Positions 1 to 8,667 of a DNA stretch of 62,028 nt are shown here, piece by piece (within the stretch, counting starts at the first letter, position 1; each line of letters opens with the position of its first letter). The translations under genes were made by a program, and so were the position numbers. The notes under the pieces are model-generated. The model did not search any database. It saw nothing but the letters and a program-made list of their open reading frames with translations, and had not been told where the DNA came from. Origin of the DNA: a virus (Duplodnaviria > Caudoviricetes); the IMG/VR virus record IMGVR_UViG_3300036715_003821, positions 1 through 62,028 of that record; one strand, written 5' to 3'.

Positions 1-2
1 AC

Positions 3-248
3 CGCGCTTCAAAATCTATATTAGAAAATATAAAAGAATTTATACAAGAAGATATTGAGATGCCTAGAAATCATAATTATTATAAAGGTTTTTCAAGATT
101 TGATATCATGCCAGAAACTGCTCATTTTATGTCTTTTTTAAAATACTTGGAAAAGTTCAATATTCGTTGGGCAGATGTTCATGCAAACAATATAATGAGA
201 AGACCCGGAACAGGGGATTTAGTCCTCTCAGATCCGGGTGTGTATTAA
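3..248 (+). CDS. protein kinase-like protein, C-terminal part (5' end outside window)
   Basis: Frame is open from the window edge; DVHANNIM (catalytic-loop-like) and LVLSDPG (DFG-like) motifs. Confidence 0.65.
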   Translation, partial: RASKSILENIKEFIQEDIEMPRNHNYYKGFSRFDIMPETAHFMSFLKYLEKFNIRWADVHANNIMRRPGTGDLVLSDPGVY

Positions 249-1018
249 CCTCGATTTAGATACAAATCTTTTGCTTTTGTATCTTGCTGCGTTTCTTTAA
301 ACTCATGCACATAAAACAAATCAGGCATTAATTCTCCGAAAATATCAGCCCTGCCTTTTCCGCGTTTTTTAAGATATTCTTCTCTTGACTTATTTATGTA
401 ATGTGCACAATAAAGAATACTATGATCAACTGGATTGCTAAATGGTCCAGTTACCCTTTGCTTTTGTGTGTTTACTGAAATGTGCCCTGGCAATAAAACA
501 GGGGTATGAGGGTCAGGACCTTTTACAGGATTGGCTTTACTTGGTTGTACAATAAATTGACAATGAGCATTTACACCTTCTTGTGACAAAGCGGATTCTG
601 TAAATCTTTCATACAATGATCCTGGTGTTTTTTCAACTTGCTTATTTGAGGTAAATGTGCTCCAGTTTATTTGAATCGCACCAAAGTCTTCATATTGTTT
701 TAGTATGGAAACCATGTCTTTTGTTTGACTTGGTATTAAACATTGGTCACCATCAATGCAAGCAAGCCACTTTGTTTTACCTTGGGTCAACTTTACCATA
801 TCTGCCCAGGCTTGAGCATGGACACGATCTGCCCCTTCTGGGTAATGATGGACTTCTACTTTTGGATTATCTCCAACCAAAGCTTTTATTCGGTTGTATT
901 CTCGGTCAAAAATAATTATTTTATCGACGCCATCAATTGCTTTTAAATGATAATCAATAAATTCAAGACAAACATCATCTTCATCTTTCCAAAGTGTGCC
1001 AATTGTTAAATAATCCAT
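245..1018 (-). CDS. glycosyltransferase, GT-A fold (GT92/GT2-like)
   Basis: WKDEDD..EFIDYH start, WLACIDGDQ DxD-like motif, HYINKS near C-terminus. Confidence 0.8.
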   Translation of the reverse strand: MDYLTIGTLWKDEDDVCLEFIDYHLKAIDGVDKIIIFDREYNRIKALVGDNPKVEVHHYPEGADRVHAQAWADMVKLTQGKTKWLACIDGDQCLIPSQTKDMVSILKQYEDFGAIQINWSTFTSNKQVEKTPGSLYERFTESALSQEGVNAHCQFIVQPSKANPVKGPDPHTPVLLPGHISVNTQKQRVTGPFSNPVDHSILYCAHYINKSREEYLKKRGKGRADIFGELMPDLFYVHEFKETQQDTKAKDLYLNRG

Positions 1019-1095
1019 AATTTAAATTTCCTTGTGATGCGAAATGTTGAACATTTTGATAAAACCTATAACAACCTGATATATACTATATAACA

Positions 1096-2439
1096 ATGAA
1101 TTTTATAAGAGCAAGTAAACACAAATTTGATAAAGCCAACAAAGGAAAATTATCCTTTGTTAATCAAATTTTACTTGACTTCAGAAATATGTCTCAAGAT
1201 CTAATTGATTATCTTTGGACAAATCCTTATAACTTTGATAAATACAATTTCAATATCTCTAAAAACAAATTAGATATTCCAACATTTCTAAGCCCTGAAC
1301 TTTATAAGAAAAATTCCACTTCTATATTTAAATTTGATGAAAAATATGATAAGTACTCTTCAAGATTTAAAGCGTTAGTTGTCTCTCAAGTTAGAGAGCT
1401 GCTTTGTTCAGTAGTTGAGCAACGTAAAAAACAAATTTTTATGTTGAGAAAACTTCAAAAAGAAAATAAAGATACTAAAAGCCTTCAAAAAACTATTGAT
1501 AAACAACCTTTAGTCAAGCCAAAAACTAATAAAATAAATATCAATTTTGATAGTTGTTATGTTGATTTTAAGTTTGATCAAAAGAAGTTTTTAACTTTTA
1601 TTAGAATAAAATCTATATTTTCAAAAGATTATAAAATATCTAAAAAAGAAAGATTCATTAATATTCCAATAGAAAATAATCCTGTTTATCAAAAATGGAA
1701 TACTCTTGGTAAAAGAAAAGACTCCATTAGATTATCTGATAATCATATCAATATCATATTTGATGTTCCAGAACCTCCTAAAAACACAACAGGAGAGATT
1801 GTATCTTGTGATCAAGGTATTAATAACATGATTACTTTATCTGACAATCAAAAGATTAAAAAATATCAAGATAAGTTTCTTTTAAAAGATGTTCTTGAGA
1901 GATTTTCAAGGAAGAAAAAAGGATCTAAAGCATTTAAAAGAACACAACAATTTAGAACCAACTTGATTAATTGGTCAATTAATCAACTTAACTTCAAAAA
2001 TATTAAAGAGTTAAGATTAGAAAAACTTTTTCAAGTTGGAAAAGGAAAATCTAAAAGTAGACTTTTATCACATTGGGCATATACTGAAATCAACAATAAA
2101 CTCAAGAAGGTATCGGAGGAAAAAGGTTTTTCCCTCCGAGAAATGCCAAATGAGTTTAGATCTCAAAGGTGTTCTCAATGTTCGTTAGTACGTAAAGCAA
2201 ATAGGAAGAAACAAACGTTTAAGTGTGTGAGCTGTGGTTACACCGCAGACTCAGATGAAAATGCATGTTCTAACTTGTTGCCAGATCTTTATCCGATCTC
2301 CGACTGGGTACGTTTAGGAAAGTATAATATTGAAGGTTTTTATTGGAAACCAGAAGGGTTATACGATCTTGAGTCAGGAGTATTAGTCCCTGATACAGAA
2401 GAAGAATTATTTATAATAAAGAATTTAACTGATATATAG
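1096..2439 (+). CDS. tnpB: TnpB-family RNA-guided RuvC nuclease (IS200/IS605 OrfB / Cas12f-like)
   Basis: RuvC-I SCDQG, RuvC-II LRLEKL, Zn ribbon SQRCSQC..FKCVSCG, RuvC-III DSDENA; no tnpA adjacent. Confidence 0.9.
   Translation: MNFIRASKHKFDKANKGKLSFVNQILLDFRNMSQDLIDYLWTNPYNFDKYNFNISKNKLDIPTFLSPELYKKNSTSIFKFDEKYDKYSSRFKALVVSQVRELLCSVVEQRKKQIFMLRKLQKENKDTKSLQKTIDKQPLVKPKTNKININFDSCYVDFKFDQKKFLTFIRIKSIFSKDYKISKKERFINIPIENNPVYQKWNTLGKRKDSIRLSDNHINIIFDVPEPPKNTTGEIVSCDQGINNMITLSDNQKIKKYQDKFLLKDVLERFSRKKKGSKAFKRTQQFRTNLINWSINQLNFKNIKELRLEKLFQVGKGKSKSRLLSHWAYTEINNKLKKVSEEKGFSLREMPNEFRSQRCSQCSLVRKANRKKQTFKCVSCGYTADSDENACSNLLPDLYPISDWVRLGKYNIEGFYWKPEGLYDLESGVLVPDTEEELFIIKNLTDI
2372..2397 (+). other. 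conserved tnpB 3' hairpin, candidate omegaRNA/right-end element (copy 1)
   Basis: AGTCAGGAGTATTAGTCCCTGATACA; TCAGG pairs with CCTGA; near-identical copy at 3284-3310. Confidence 0.55.
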
Positions 2440-2471
2440 TTATCAAGCCAACCATACTATAGCGGGGAAGC

Positions 2472-3002
2472 ATGAATCGATTTTATATTTTTTTATTTAT
2501 AATTATCTCAATTTTATTTGAAGGTGAGAAAAAGTTCCCATCTTTTATTGTTGATGTTTATTTTGATAAACATCTGGACAATGATATTGTTTTTGAAACA
2601 TTACTTGCTATGGATGAATGGGAGACTGCAACAAGAGGTGAGGTTAAGTTTATTAATAAAGAATCCATATCTTATGAAGAATATAAAAAAATAGACTCAA
2701 ATTCTATATTTTTAAAATCAGACGTTTCATCCTCAAAAGAAATGAGTAAAATGGTTGAGATGAAATACAACACATTAGCTTTTTATCACTATAAAACAAA
2801 GCAGATTATTGTTGTTAAAAATCACATTAATGATGAAAATTTAAATGGAATTATGCTTCATGAAATTGGACATGCTTTAGGATTAGGTCATACAAATGTA
2901 AAAAACACCATCATGTATCCTACGACCGATGGTGCTTCTTTACATTTAACAGAAACAGATATTCGTCAATTTTGTTACAAAAATTATTGTTATTGGCAAT
3001 AA
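2472..3002 (+). CDS. matrixin/M10-like zinc metalloprotease, secreted or membrane-anchored
   Basis: Hydrophobic N-terminus; HEIGHALGLGH plus Met-turn IMYP. Confidence 0.85.
   Translation: MNRFYIFLFIIISILFEGEKKFPSFIVDVYFDKHLDNDIVFETLLAMDEWETATRGEVKFINKESISYEEYKKIDSNSIFLKSDVSSSKEMSKMVEMKYNTLAFYHYKTKQIIVVKNHINDENLNGIMLHEIGHALGLGHTNVKNTIMYPTTDGASLHLTETDIRQFCYKNYCYWQ
2735..2800 (+). repeat. 66-bp direct repeat, copy 1 (inside matrixin gene)
   Basis: Matches 3043-3108 with 2 mismatches. Confidence 0.95.
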
Positions 3003-3042
3003 TCACAAAAATGGATTTACAATAATAATTTCTTTTTTCTGA

Positions 3043-3108
3043 AAAAGAAATGAGTAAAACGGTTGAGATGAAATACAACACATTAGCTTTTTATTACTAT
3101 AAAACAAA
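3043..3108 (+). repeat. 66-bp direct repeat, copy 2, fused to a tnpB remnant
   Basis: aaaagaaatgagtaaaa(t/c)ggttgag...ataaaacaaa. Confidence 0.95.
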
Positions 3109-3325
3109 AGTAAATAGAAAGGGTAAGACATTTTTATGTAGATCTTGTGGTTATACAGAAGATTCAGATAAAAATGCAGCTTCCAATTTATTACTTGACC
3201 TTGTAGAGGTTCCATATTGGGTACGTTTAAACAACTATAATTTGTCAGGTTTCTATTGGAGAGCTGATGGGTTATACAATTTAAGTCAGGAGTTATTAGT
3301 CCCTGATACATCTGAAGTTTTATAA
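3109..3325 (+). pseudogene. tnpB: 3' remnant of a second, divergent tnpB
   Basis: NRKGKTFLCRSCGYTEDSDKNAASNLL...GFYW..GLY...LVPDT aligns with the C-terminus of 1096..2439. Confidence 0.85.
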
Positions 3326-3415
3326 ACTATGAAGAGAGCTATAAGAAAATATATTCAAAATTTTTAGCAAAGTCAGAATCACATATTATCTCTCAATCAT
3401 CATATTATCCATCTG

Positions 3416-3484
3416 TTATACAGGGCTTGGAATGACTTGACAACCGATTTTGTCAGGTCCAGGTCCAGTAACTGCAATAATCAT
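3416..3484 (-). pseudogene. truncated SLOG/YspA-like gene remnant
   Basis: MIIAVTGPGPDKIG resembles the IAxTGHRPDKLG start of YspA/DUF1273; stops after 22 aa; ATG overlaps the PNKP stop. Confidence 0.4.
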
Positions 3485-4392
3485 CAAAAGCTCGCATTCG
3501 GGTCGCCTACGCGCATTAAAGGTAATCCTAGTTCATACCAAAGCTCACATACTTGAAGTCGATCATCCATAACAAGTTCGACAAAATATTTATCTTTAAT
3601 TTCTTCGTTGAAGATATTTCTTTTTATAATAGAGTCTTTTTCAACATTGCCCTGTGGTCTCATAAACAATTCAAAATCACCAGTAACATATGTATTTAAC
3701 CATTCTAATGTTAATTGTCTAAAAGCAGAATCTCTTCCTGACAAAAAGATAACTTTTGCACCTGAGTTACGATACAATAAAACAGTTTTAAGTACATGTT
3801 CATTCACATCATCATCCAGACACTTTGAAGCATCATATGGATTACGATGAGAGATTTCAGCAATAGTTCCATCAAGATCAACAATAATTGCTTTTGGTAA
3901 AGTTTTATCTTGTACAATTTTTTCAATAGGAGTTTGATCGATCATTTCTTGACGCGGATTATAAAACTTAAAATCCTTTTTACCAAGAGAGTTGTAAAAC
4001 TTTTTAACCACTTCCTCACCAACAGGTTTTTCTCTTTGCTTATCACGTGATACAAGTTCATCAAGATCCACATAAAAAGGCTTTTCCATAATAAAAGCTT
4101 TTTTACCAGACGCTTTTACCAACTTAACCACTTCATCATAATGTCTTTTATTTGAATTAACATTATCAATAACAATGTTTTTGTTTTTACGTAAAGCTTC
4201 TTTAATAAGAAGGGTTCGAGCAGAGGTGATAATTTTCTCGTAATCGGCTGAAAAAACAGAATTATTAAACATTGCACGAATATCATCATTATTGATGCGA
4301 ACCCAATCCAAAGGTTCTTTTGCAATCATTTGCTTTGACCATGTTGATTTCCCAGATGCAGGAGCACCAACAGTCATAATAATCTTTAACAT
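3484..4392 (-). CDS. pseT: polynucleotide 5'-kinase/3'-phosphatase (T4 PseT-like)
   Basis: GAPASGKST P-loop, RINNDDIR; HAD motifs DLDGTIA, SGR, DDR. Confidence 0.92.
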   Translation of the reverse strand: MLKIIMTVGAPASGKSTWSKQMIAKEPLDWVRINNDDIRAMFNNSVFSADYEKIITSARTLLIKEALRKNKNIVIDNVNSNKRHYDEVVKLVKASGKKAFIMEKPFYVDLDELVSRDKQREKPVGEEVVKKFYNSLGKKDFKFYNPRQEMIDQTPIEKIVQDKTLPKAIIVDLDGTIAEISHRNPYDASKCLDDDVNEHVLKTVLLYRNSGAKVIFLSGRDSAFRQLTLEWLNTYVTGDFELFMRPQGNVEKDSIIKRNIFNEEIKDKYFVELVMDDRLQVCELWYELGLPLMRVGDPNASF

Positions 4393-4408
4393 ATAACTTT
4401 ACTTTCTA

Positions 4409-5005
4409 TTAGAATAAATTTGAATCTTTTAATGACTTCCACATTTCATACATGTAACTTTCTTTTGTCACAGTGTATTCATTGTATTTACTTATATCTT
4501 CAAAAGATATAAGTATCTTCTTGTTAATCTTTTTTATAATTTCTTTTCTTTTTTTGTCGTTTAAGAAGGACAATAGTGGTGAAGTTGTTGGATTGCCGAT
4601 TTCAAATATAGAATTTTTGTTTTTTATTTTGAAATTAATCCACTTTATACCGTAACTGTCATCGAATGAGTATTCAGAATCAAAATTGTGATATATTTTT
4701 GTATATCCATTTTTAAAGTTTACTTTCCTGTAAATATAATCAGGAATAATAAGATATTCTTCATTAAAAGGAGTTGAGTAATGAAGATAATGATCTTTAT
4801 CACCCAACTCTGATGGATCTGAATATAAAAAAACAGGAGTATTTCCTCTAAAAAAAACAGAAGATCCATATAAATCATTTATATGTTTTACTTTTTCTAT
4901 TTTATTTTTGTATTGCTTTTTTATAGCATTACTTTTGTTTTTATTTATTTTATGATTTAATTCTTCTATGTATTGTTTTGCTGTTTTATCAAAATCAAAT
5001 TTCAT
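4409..5005 (-). CDS. hypothetical protein
   Basis: 198-aa ORF in operon packing. Confidence 0.65.
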   Translation of the reverse strand: MKFDFDKTAKQYIEELNHKINKNKSNAIKKQYKNKIEKVKHINDLYGSSVFFRGNTPVFLYSDPSELGDKDHYLHYSTPFNEEYLIIPDYIYRKVNFKNGYTKIYHNFDSEYSFDDSYGIKWINFKIKNKNSIFEIGNPTTSPLLSFLNDKKRKEIIKKINKKILISFEDISKYNEYTVTKESYMYEMWKSLKDSNLF

Positions 5006-5310
5006 ACAACCAATAATTCATCCAACGCTTTGGCGGATAATGAACCTACTTTTCTTTTCTTTTCAGATCCATTTACAAATACAATGGTAGTTGGAAGACC
5101 ATGTACTCCATACTTTCTGGCAGCATCAATGTCTTCATCAATATCAATTTCTAACACCAAATATTCAGGATGCGCCTCAGCATAAGAGTGTAATACAGGT
5201 TCGTATGCTTTGCAAGGGGCACACCAAGGGGCGCCAAACTTTACCAATACAATGCTACCGTTTTCTACTTTTAATTTTTCTTCAAGTTCTTCAAAAGATA
5301 CTTTAATCAT
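5002..5310 (-). CDS. trxA: thioredoxin
   Basis: WCAPC motif, cis-Pro GLPT. Confidence 0.92.
   Translation of the reverse strand: MIKVSFEELEEKLKVENGSIVLVKFGAPWCAPCKAYEPVLHSYAEAHPEYLVLEIDIDEDIDAARKYGVHGLPTTIVFVNGSEKKRKVGSLSAKALDELLVV
5187..5215 (-). promoter_or_regulatory. sigma70-type promoter inside the thioredoxin gene
   Basis: TTGCAA-17 nt-TACACT. Confidence 0.45.
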
Positions 5311-5936
5311 GCTATTCCTATGGTTGAATTTATTTTTTGTGCCAATTGTTGGTTTTGAGAGCCCATTTCTGATTTATTAAAATTCTTAAGATTTGTAACC
5401 AATCTATCTCTTAATAAATCAATCTTTTCTTTTGTTTGTGAATATTGTGTGAGAATTTTTGTATCCACAAAATTTGAAGCTTCGTTTTTTATTGTGCCAC
5501 GAGAAAGATTGTATCTATGAGCTTCCCATGCTAATTTATCACTTGCTTTTGTGAAATCAGAATACGCAGATAAAGCCCAATCAATGATATTGATTACAAC
5601 TTTGCTTGTCGCTTGTAAAGACTGTTTATAAGAAACAAGCTTTTCCAAATCTGATATTTTTTGAGAATATTTATAATACAAATTTGTATATTCTTTTTCA
5701 ATATTATCCAAACCCAATTGAAGTGTTTTGCCAACACTTGTATCTGAAAATAACAATTGAATTGTGGATTCAGTTGGTTCTCCAGATACTTCAATGTGAT
5801 TGTTTTTTTGAAACAAAGAAATAGCTTCTCTTGTCTCTGGACCTAAAATATTATCTACAACAATTTTATATCCATTTTCATTTAACTTTTGTTGAATGTC
5901 TTTTATTGACTTTTGAAGCTGTGATTTTTTAATCAT
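5307..5936 (-). CDS. peptidoglycan-binding domain protein
   Basis: IQQKLNENGY..VDNILGPETREAISLFQK..GEPTESTIQLL (PG_binding_1 pattern). Confidence 0.8.
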   Translation of the reverse strand: MIKKSQLQKSIKDIQQKLNENGYKIVVDNILGPETREAISLFQKNNHIEVSGEPTESTIQLLFSDTSVGKTLQLGLDNIEKEYTNLYYKYSQKISDLEKLVSYKQSLQATSKVVINIIDWALSAYSDFTKASDKLAWEAHRYNLSRGTIKNEASNFVDTKILTQYSQTKEKIDLLRDRLVTNLKNFNKSEMGSQNQQLAQKINSTIGIA

Positions 5937-5950
5937 ACTCTTATTTAAAT

Positions 5951-7546
5951 TTAATAGTTGGATTCAAAACATTCTTGGCATATCTTGTGTGCATAATTTA
6001 AATGCAATTTTTTATCACAAGATCTGCATATTTTATGAATTTGAGCTTTCTTCATTAAGAAATCATCTAATGTTTTAGATAACTTTGCTTTTGCTTTTAA
6101 AATCTCTTCCCTTTTCTCTGTGTAATAAGAGTATTGCTTTCTATAAGAAAACCAAAGATAAATATCATGTTCTTTTACAGCATTTTCAGTATCTGACAAA
6201 TCTCTTTCACTAGAGATAATATACCCTTTTCTTGGCTTTGGAATATATTCATTGTTGTAAATTGCCTTCACACAATTGATCCAATAAGCTCTTGTTTCTT
6301 TTGTTGTTGGACATTTTACAAGTTCATAACACTCTTCAAATGTAAATGATTTATCAAGACCAGAAAAATGAAGTTGTTTTGCTAGTTCAATTTGTTCATC
6401 CAAATTAGACATAACAACAATATCTTTTAAGTTATCAGGAACAGCAGATACATTTTTCCATGTAGATAATGCATCAAACAAAACAGGTCTACCAAGAGTT
6501 TTTAAATCAGCTACTTCTGGAGCAATTTGAGCCTTTTTAATATAAGGTGGGATCTCAGCTAATTTACCAGCAATGAAGTTAAGTTCAGTTTTTCCCCATG
6601 CAGATATCTCACCTTCCTTCGCCAATCCGTAGCGTCCAGCACGTCCTGCAATTTGTTGCACTTCATGGGCATGTAAGGGTCGCTGCTCAGTGCCATCAAA
6701 CTTAGAGATTGCTGTGAAGCAAACTCTTTCTGCTGGCAAGTTTAATCCCAAGCCGATAGCATCTGTGGCTACCATAACTTTTGTTATTCCATTCAAGAAG
6801 TTTTCAGCTTGTTTTTGCTTCACTTCTGGTGGGAGATTTCCATAAATAATAGAAGTTGGCATATTGTATTTATGCTCTAATTCATTTTTTAATGATAAAG
6901 CTTCCATTCTGGAGAATGTAACAAAAATTGTTTTTTCTTGAGGTTGCCCTGGATTATCTGGTTTTGAACAAACTTTTAATGGTAAAAATCTTTCATGATT
7001 TATAATCTCATATTTACGCTTTGTTCTTTTTAACAATTTCTCGATAATTGGAAGAGCATAAGGTGCGCAAATCAAATGCAAAACTTTTGCTTTAATATAA
7101 AGGATTGCTTTTGTCCAAGCATATCCTCGCGCTTCATCTGCAAGAAGTTGACATTCATCAATAACTGCTACATCATATTCTTTTGTTGGATTAAACATCT
7201 CAACAGTGCAAGCGTCTACCTTACTACCATCTACAATTCTTTGTTCTTCTCCAGTAAGTAATGTACAAGGAGTTCCAGCTTGAGTCATTTTATCAAAAAC
7301 TTCCCAAGCCAATAAACGCAAGGGACCAAGGTAAACGCCTCGTTCAGCTTTTTCTAAATCTAATAACGAAGAATATGTTTTACCAGAATTGGTAGGTCCA
7401 ACATGTATGAATATTTTGTGGGTTGTGTCTTTTTCCTCAGTTACAATTTTATGATATTTATCATTTAATAGTTCGGATATTTTAGCACGTAAACCACTTA
7501 ATTTATCAATTTTTTTGTTGTTTTTTATCTTATTCTTATTTTTCAT
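5951..7546 (-). CDS. Suv3-like SF2 RNA helicase
   Basis: GPTNSGKT, PLRLLAWE, IDECQ, ATDAIGLGLNL, QIAGRAGR; start placed at MKNKNK to avoid overlap with the + strand gene. Confidence 0.9.
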   Translation of the reverse strand: MKNKNKIKNNKKIDKLSGLRAKISELLNDKYHKIVTEEKDTTHKIFIHVGPTNSGKTYSSLLDLEKAERGVYLGPLRLLAWEVFDKMTQAGTPCTLLTGEEQRIVDGSKVDACTVEMFNPTKEYDVAVIDECQLLADEARGYAWTKAILYIKAKVLHLICAPYALPIIEKLLKRTKRKYEIINHERFLPLKVCSKPDNPGQPQEKTIFVTFSRMEALSLKNELEHKYNMPTSIIYGNLPPEVKQKQAENFLNGITKVMVATDAIGLGLNLPAERVCFTAISKFDGTEQRPLHAHEVQQIAGRAGRYGLAKEGEISAWGKTELNFIAGKLAEIPPYIKKAQIAPEVADLKTLGRPVLFDALSTWKNVSAVPDNLKDIVVMSNLDEQIELAKQLHFSGLDKSFTFEECYELVKCPTTKETRAYWINCVKAIYNNEYIPKPRKGYIISSERDLSDTENAVKEHDIYLWFSYRKQYSYYTEKREEILKAKAKLSKTLDDFLMKKAQIHKICRSCDKKLHLNYAHKICQECFESNY

Positions 7547-7601
7547 TTTACTCTCGAAGCTTATATAACAAGTAACCCTATGCCTTAAATAATATGTTGT
7601 T

Positions 7602-8099
7602 ATGAAAACGCTTGATCCCACTAAATTGTCATTTACAACTTTAAATCTTTTTATTGAAGAAGCAAAAAAGTTTCTTAAAAAAGATAAAACCATGAATGAG
7701 ATTTTCGATCAATACAAGGTATCAATAAAAGAGTTGGATTATATACCTATTTTTTTTGATGATCTTGATGTGAGTGCAAAAACCTCTCATGGCATTATTT
7801 TTCTAAATTACAGACTTTTAGAAGATGGTGATTTTTTTGAAGATTACTCTTATATTGTTCATGAAGTAAATCATTGGCTTCAACAAACAACCGCCTCAAA
7901 GCCAACGAAATCATCTGCGGGTGAAGATTATTTAGACAATAAGTATGAAGAAGAAAGCTTTCAAAGACAAATACAATTTATTGCTGATCAATTCTCAGAT
8001 AAAAAAGCACATAAATATGTGGATGATTTACTTGATTATCATGATGTTGAAGGAAAAGAACGTAAAGAGAAAAAAGAAAACCTTACAGAAAAACTATAA
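7602..8099 (+). CDS. putative zincin-like protein
   Basis: IVHEVNHWLQ (HExxH) with downstream E.E.F..Q. Confidence 0.6.
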   Translation: MKTLDPTKLSFTTLNLFIEEAKKFLKKDKTMNEIFDQYKVSIKELDYIPIFFDDLDVSAKTSHGIIFLNYRLLEDGDFFEDYSYIVHEVNHWLQQTTASKPTKSSAGEDYLDNKYEEESFQRQIQFIADQFSDKKAHKYVDDLLDYHDVEGKERKEKKENLTEKL

Positions 8100-8666
8100 C
8101 TTTGGACAAAGCTCTCTAAAACGAGTCATGTATTGATTAAATATTGGCTTGTATATAGCATGATAATGCTCCCAATCCAATGAAGGATCAGTCATAATTT
8201 CTTCATAAATAGAATTGCAAGATTTATAATTTTCAATTCTATTATTTGAAGCTATTTGTATAGCAAAGTCAATCATTCTTATTGAATGAAATAATGACTT
8301 CTTACCAACATAATAATCACGATCTTTTTCTACTTCAAATTTTTTCTTGCATTTAACATAAGAATTACTTGACTTTTCAGAAATATAATTTCTTAGCTTT
8401 TTATTATCTAATGTAAATGTAAATTTAAACTCTTCAGCTAACTTATGTTCATTTGGTAGAAATAAACATTCCAAAGCATATATCTTATGATTATCAATAT
8501 GCTTTTGGAATGTTGATTTATTGTAATAATGAATAGATTTGTTACCATCTTCTATAACATATTCTTCATCACCAACATCACCAATAGCTATGAAGTCTTC
8601 ATCAGAATTTGGATTGTTTGTTCCATATACCCAACTACCATATCTATAAAGGTTGTTGTATTGCAT
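8094..8666 (-). CDS. predicted nucleotidyltransferase (Pol beta superfamily)
   Basis: YGSWVYGT..PNSDEDF; C-terminal KSLFHSIR. Confidence 0.8.
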   Translation of the reverse strand: MQYNNLYRYGSWVYGTNNPNSDEDFIAIGDVGDEEYVIEDGNKSIHYYNKSTFQKHIDNHKIYALECLFLPNEHKLAEEFKFTFTLDNKKLRNYISEKSSNSYVKCKKKFEVEKDRDYYVGKKSLFHSIRMIDFAIQIASNNRIENYKSCNSIYEEIMTDPSLDWEHYHAIYKPIFNQYMTRFRELCPKL

Positions 8667-8667
8667 A

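Noticed and set aside
1050-1065. TTGAT at 1056-1060 as the TnpB TAM / left end
   Set aside because: A 5-mer is expected by chance in AT-rich DNA and no left-end hairpin was evident; it cannot be supported without an empty-site genome.
2735-3108. Repeat pair as a DGR template/variable region
   Set aside because: Only two mismatches, in opposite directions, and no reverse transcriptase in the window.
2372-3310. Two hairpin copies as a CRISPR mini-array
   Set aside because: They are about 900 bp apart and each lies within tnpB coding sequence; there is no repeat-spacer periodicity.
7547-7693. N-terminal extension of the Suv3 ORF
   Set aside because: Overlaps the + strand gene at 7602; MKNKNK at 7546 has an upstream promoter-like box.
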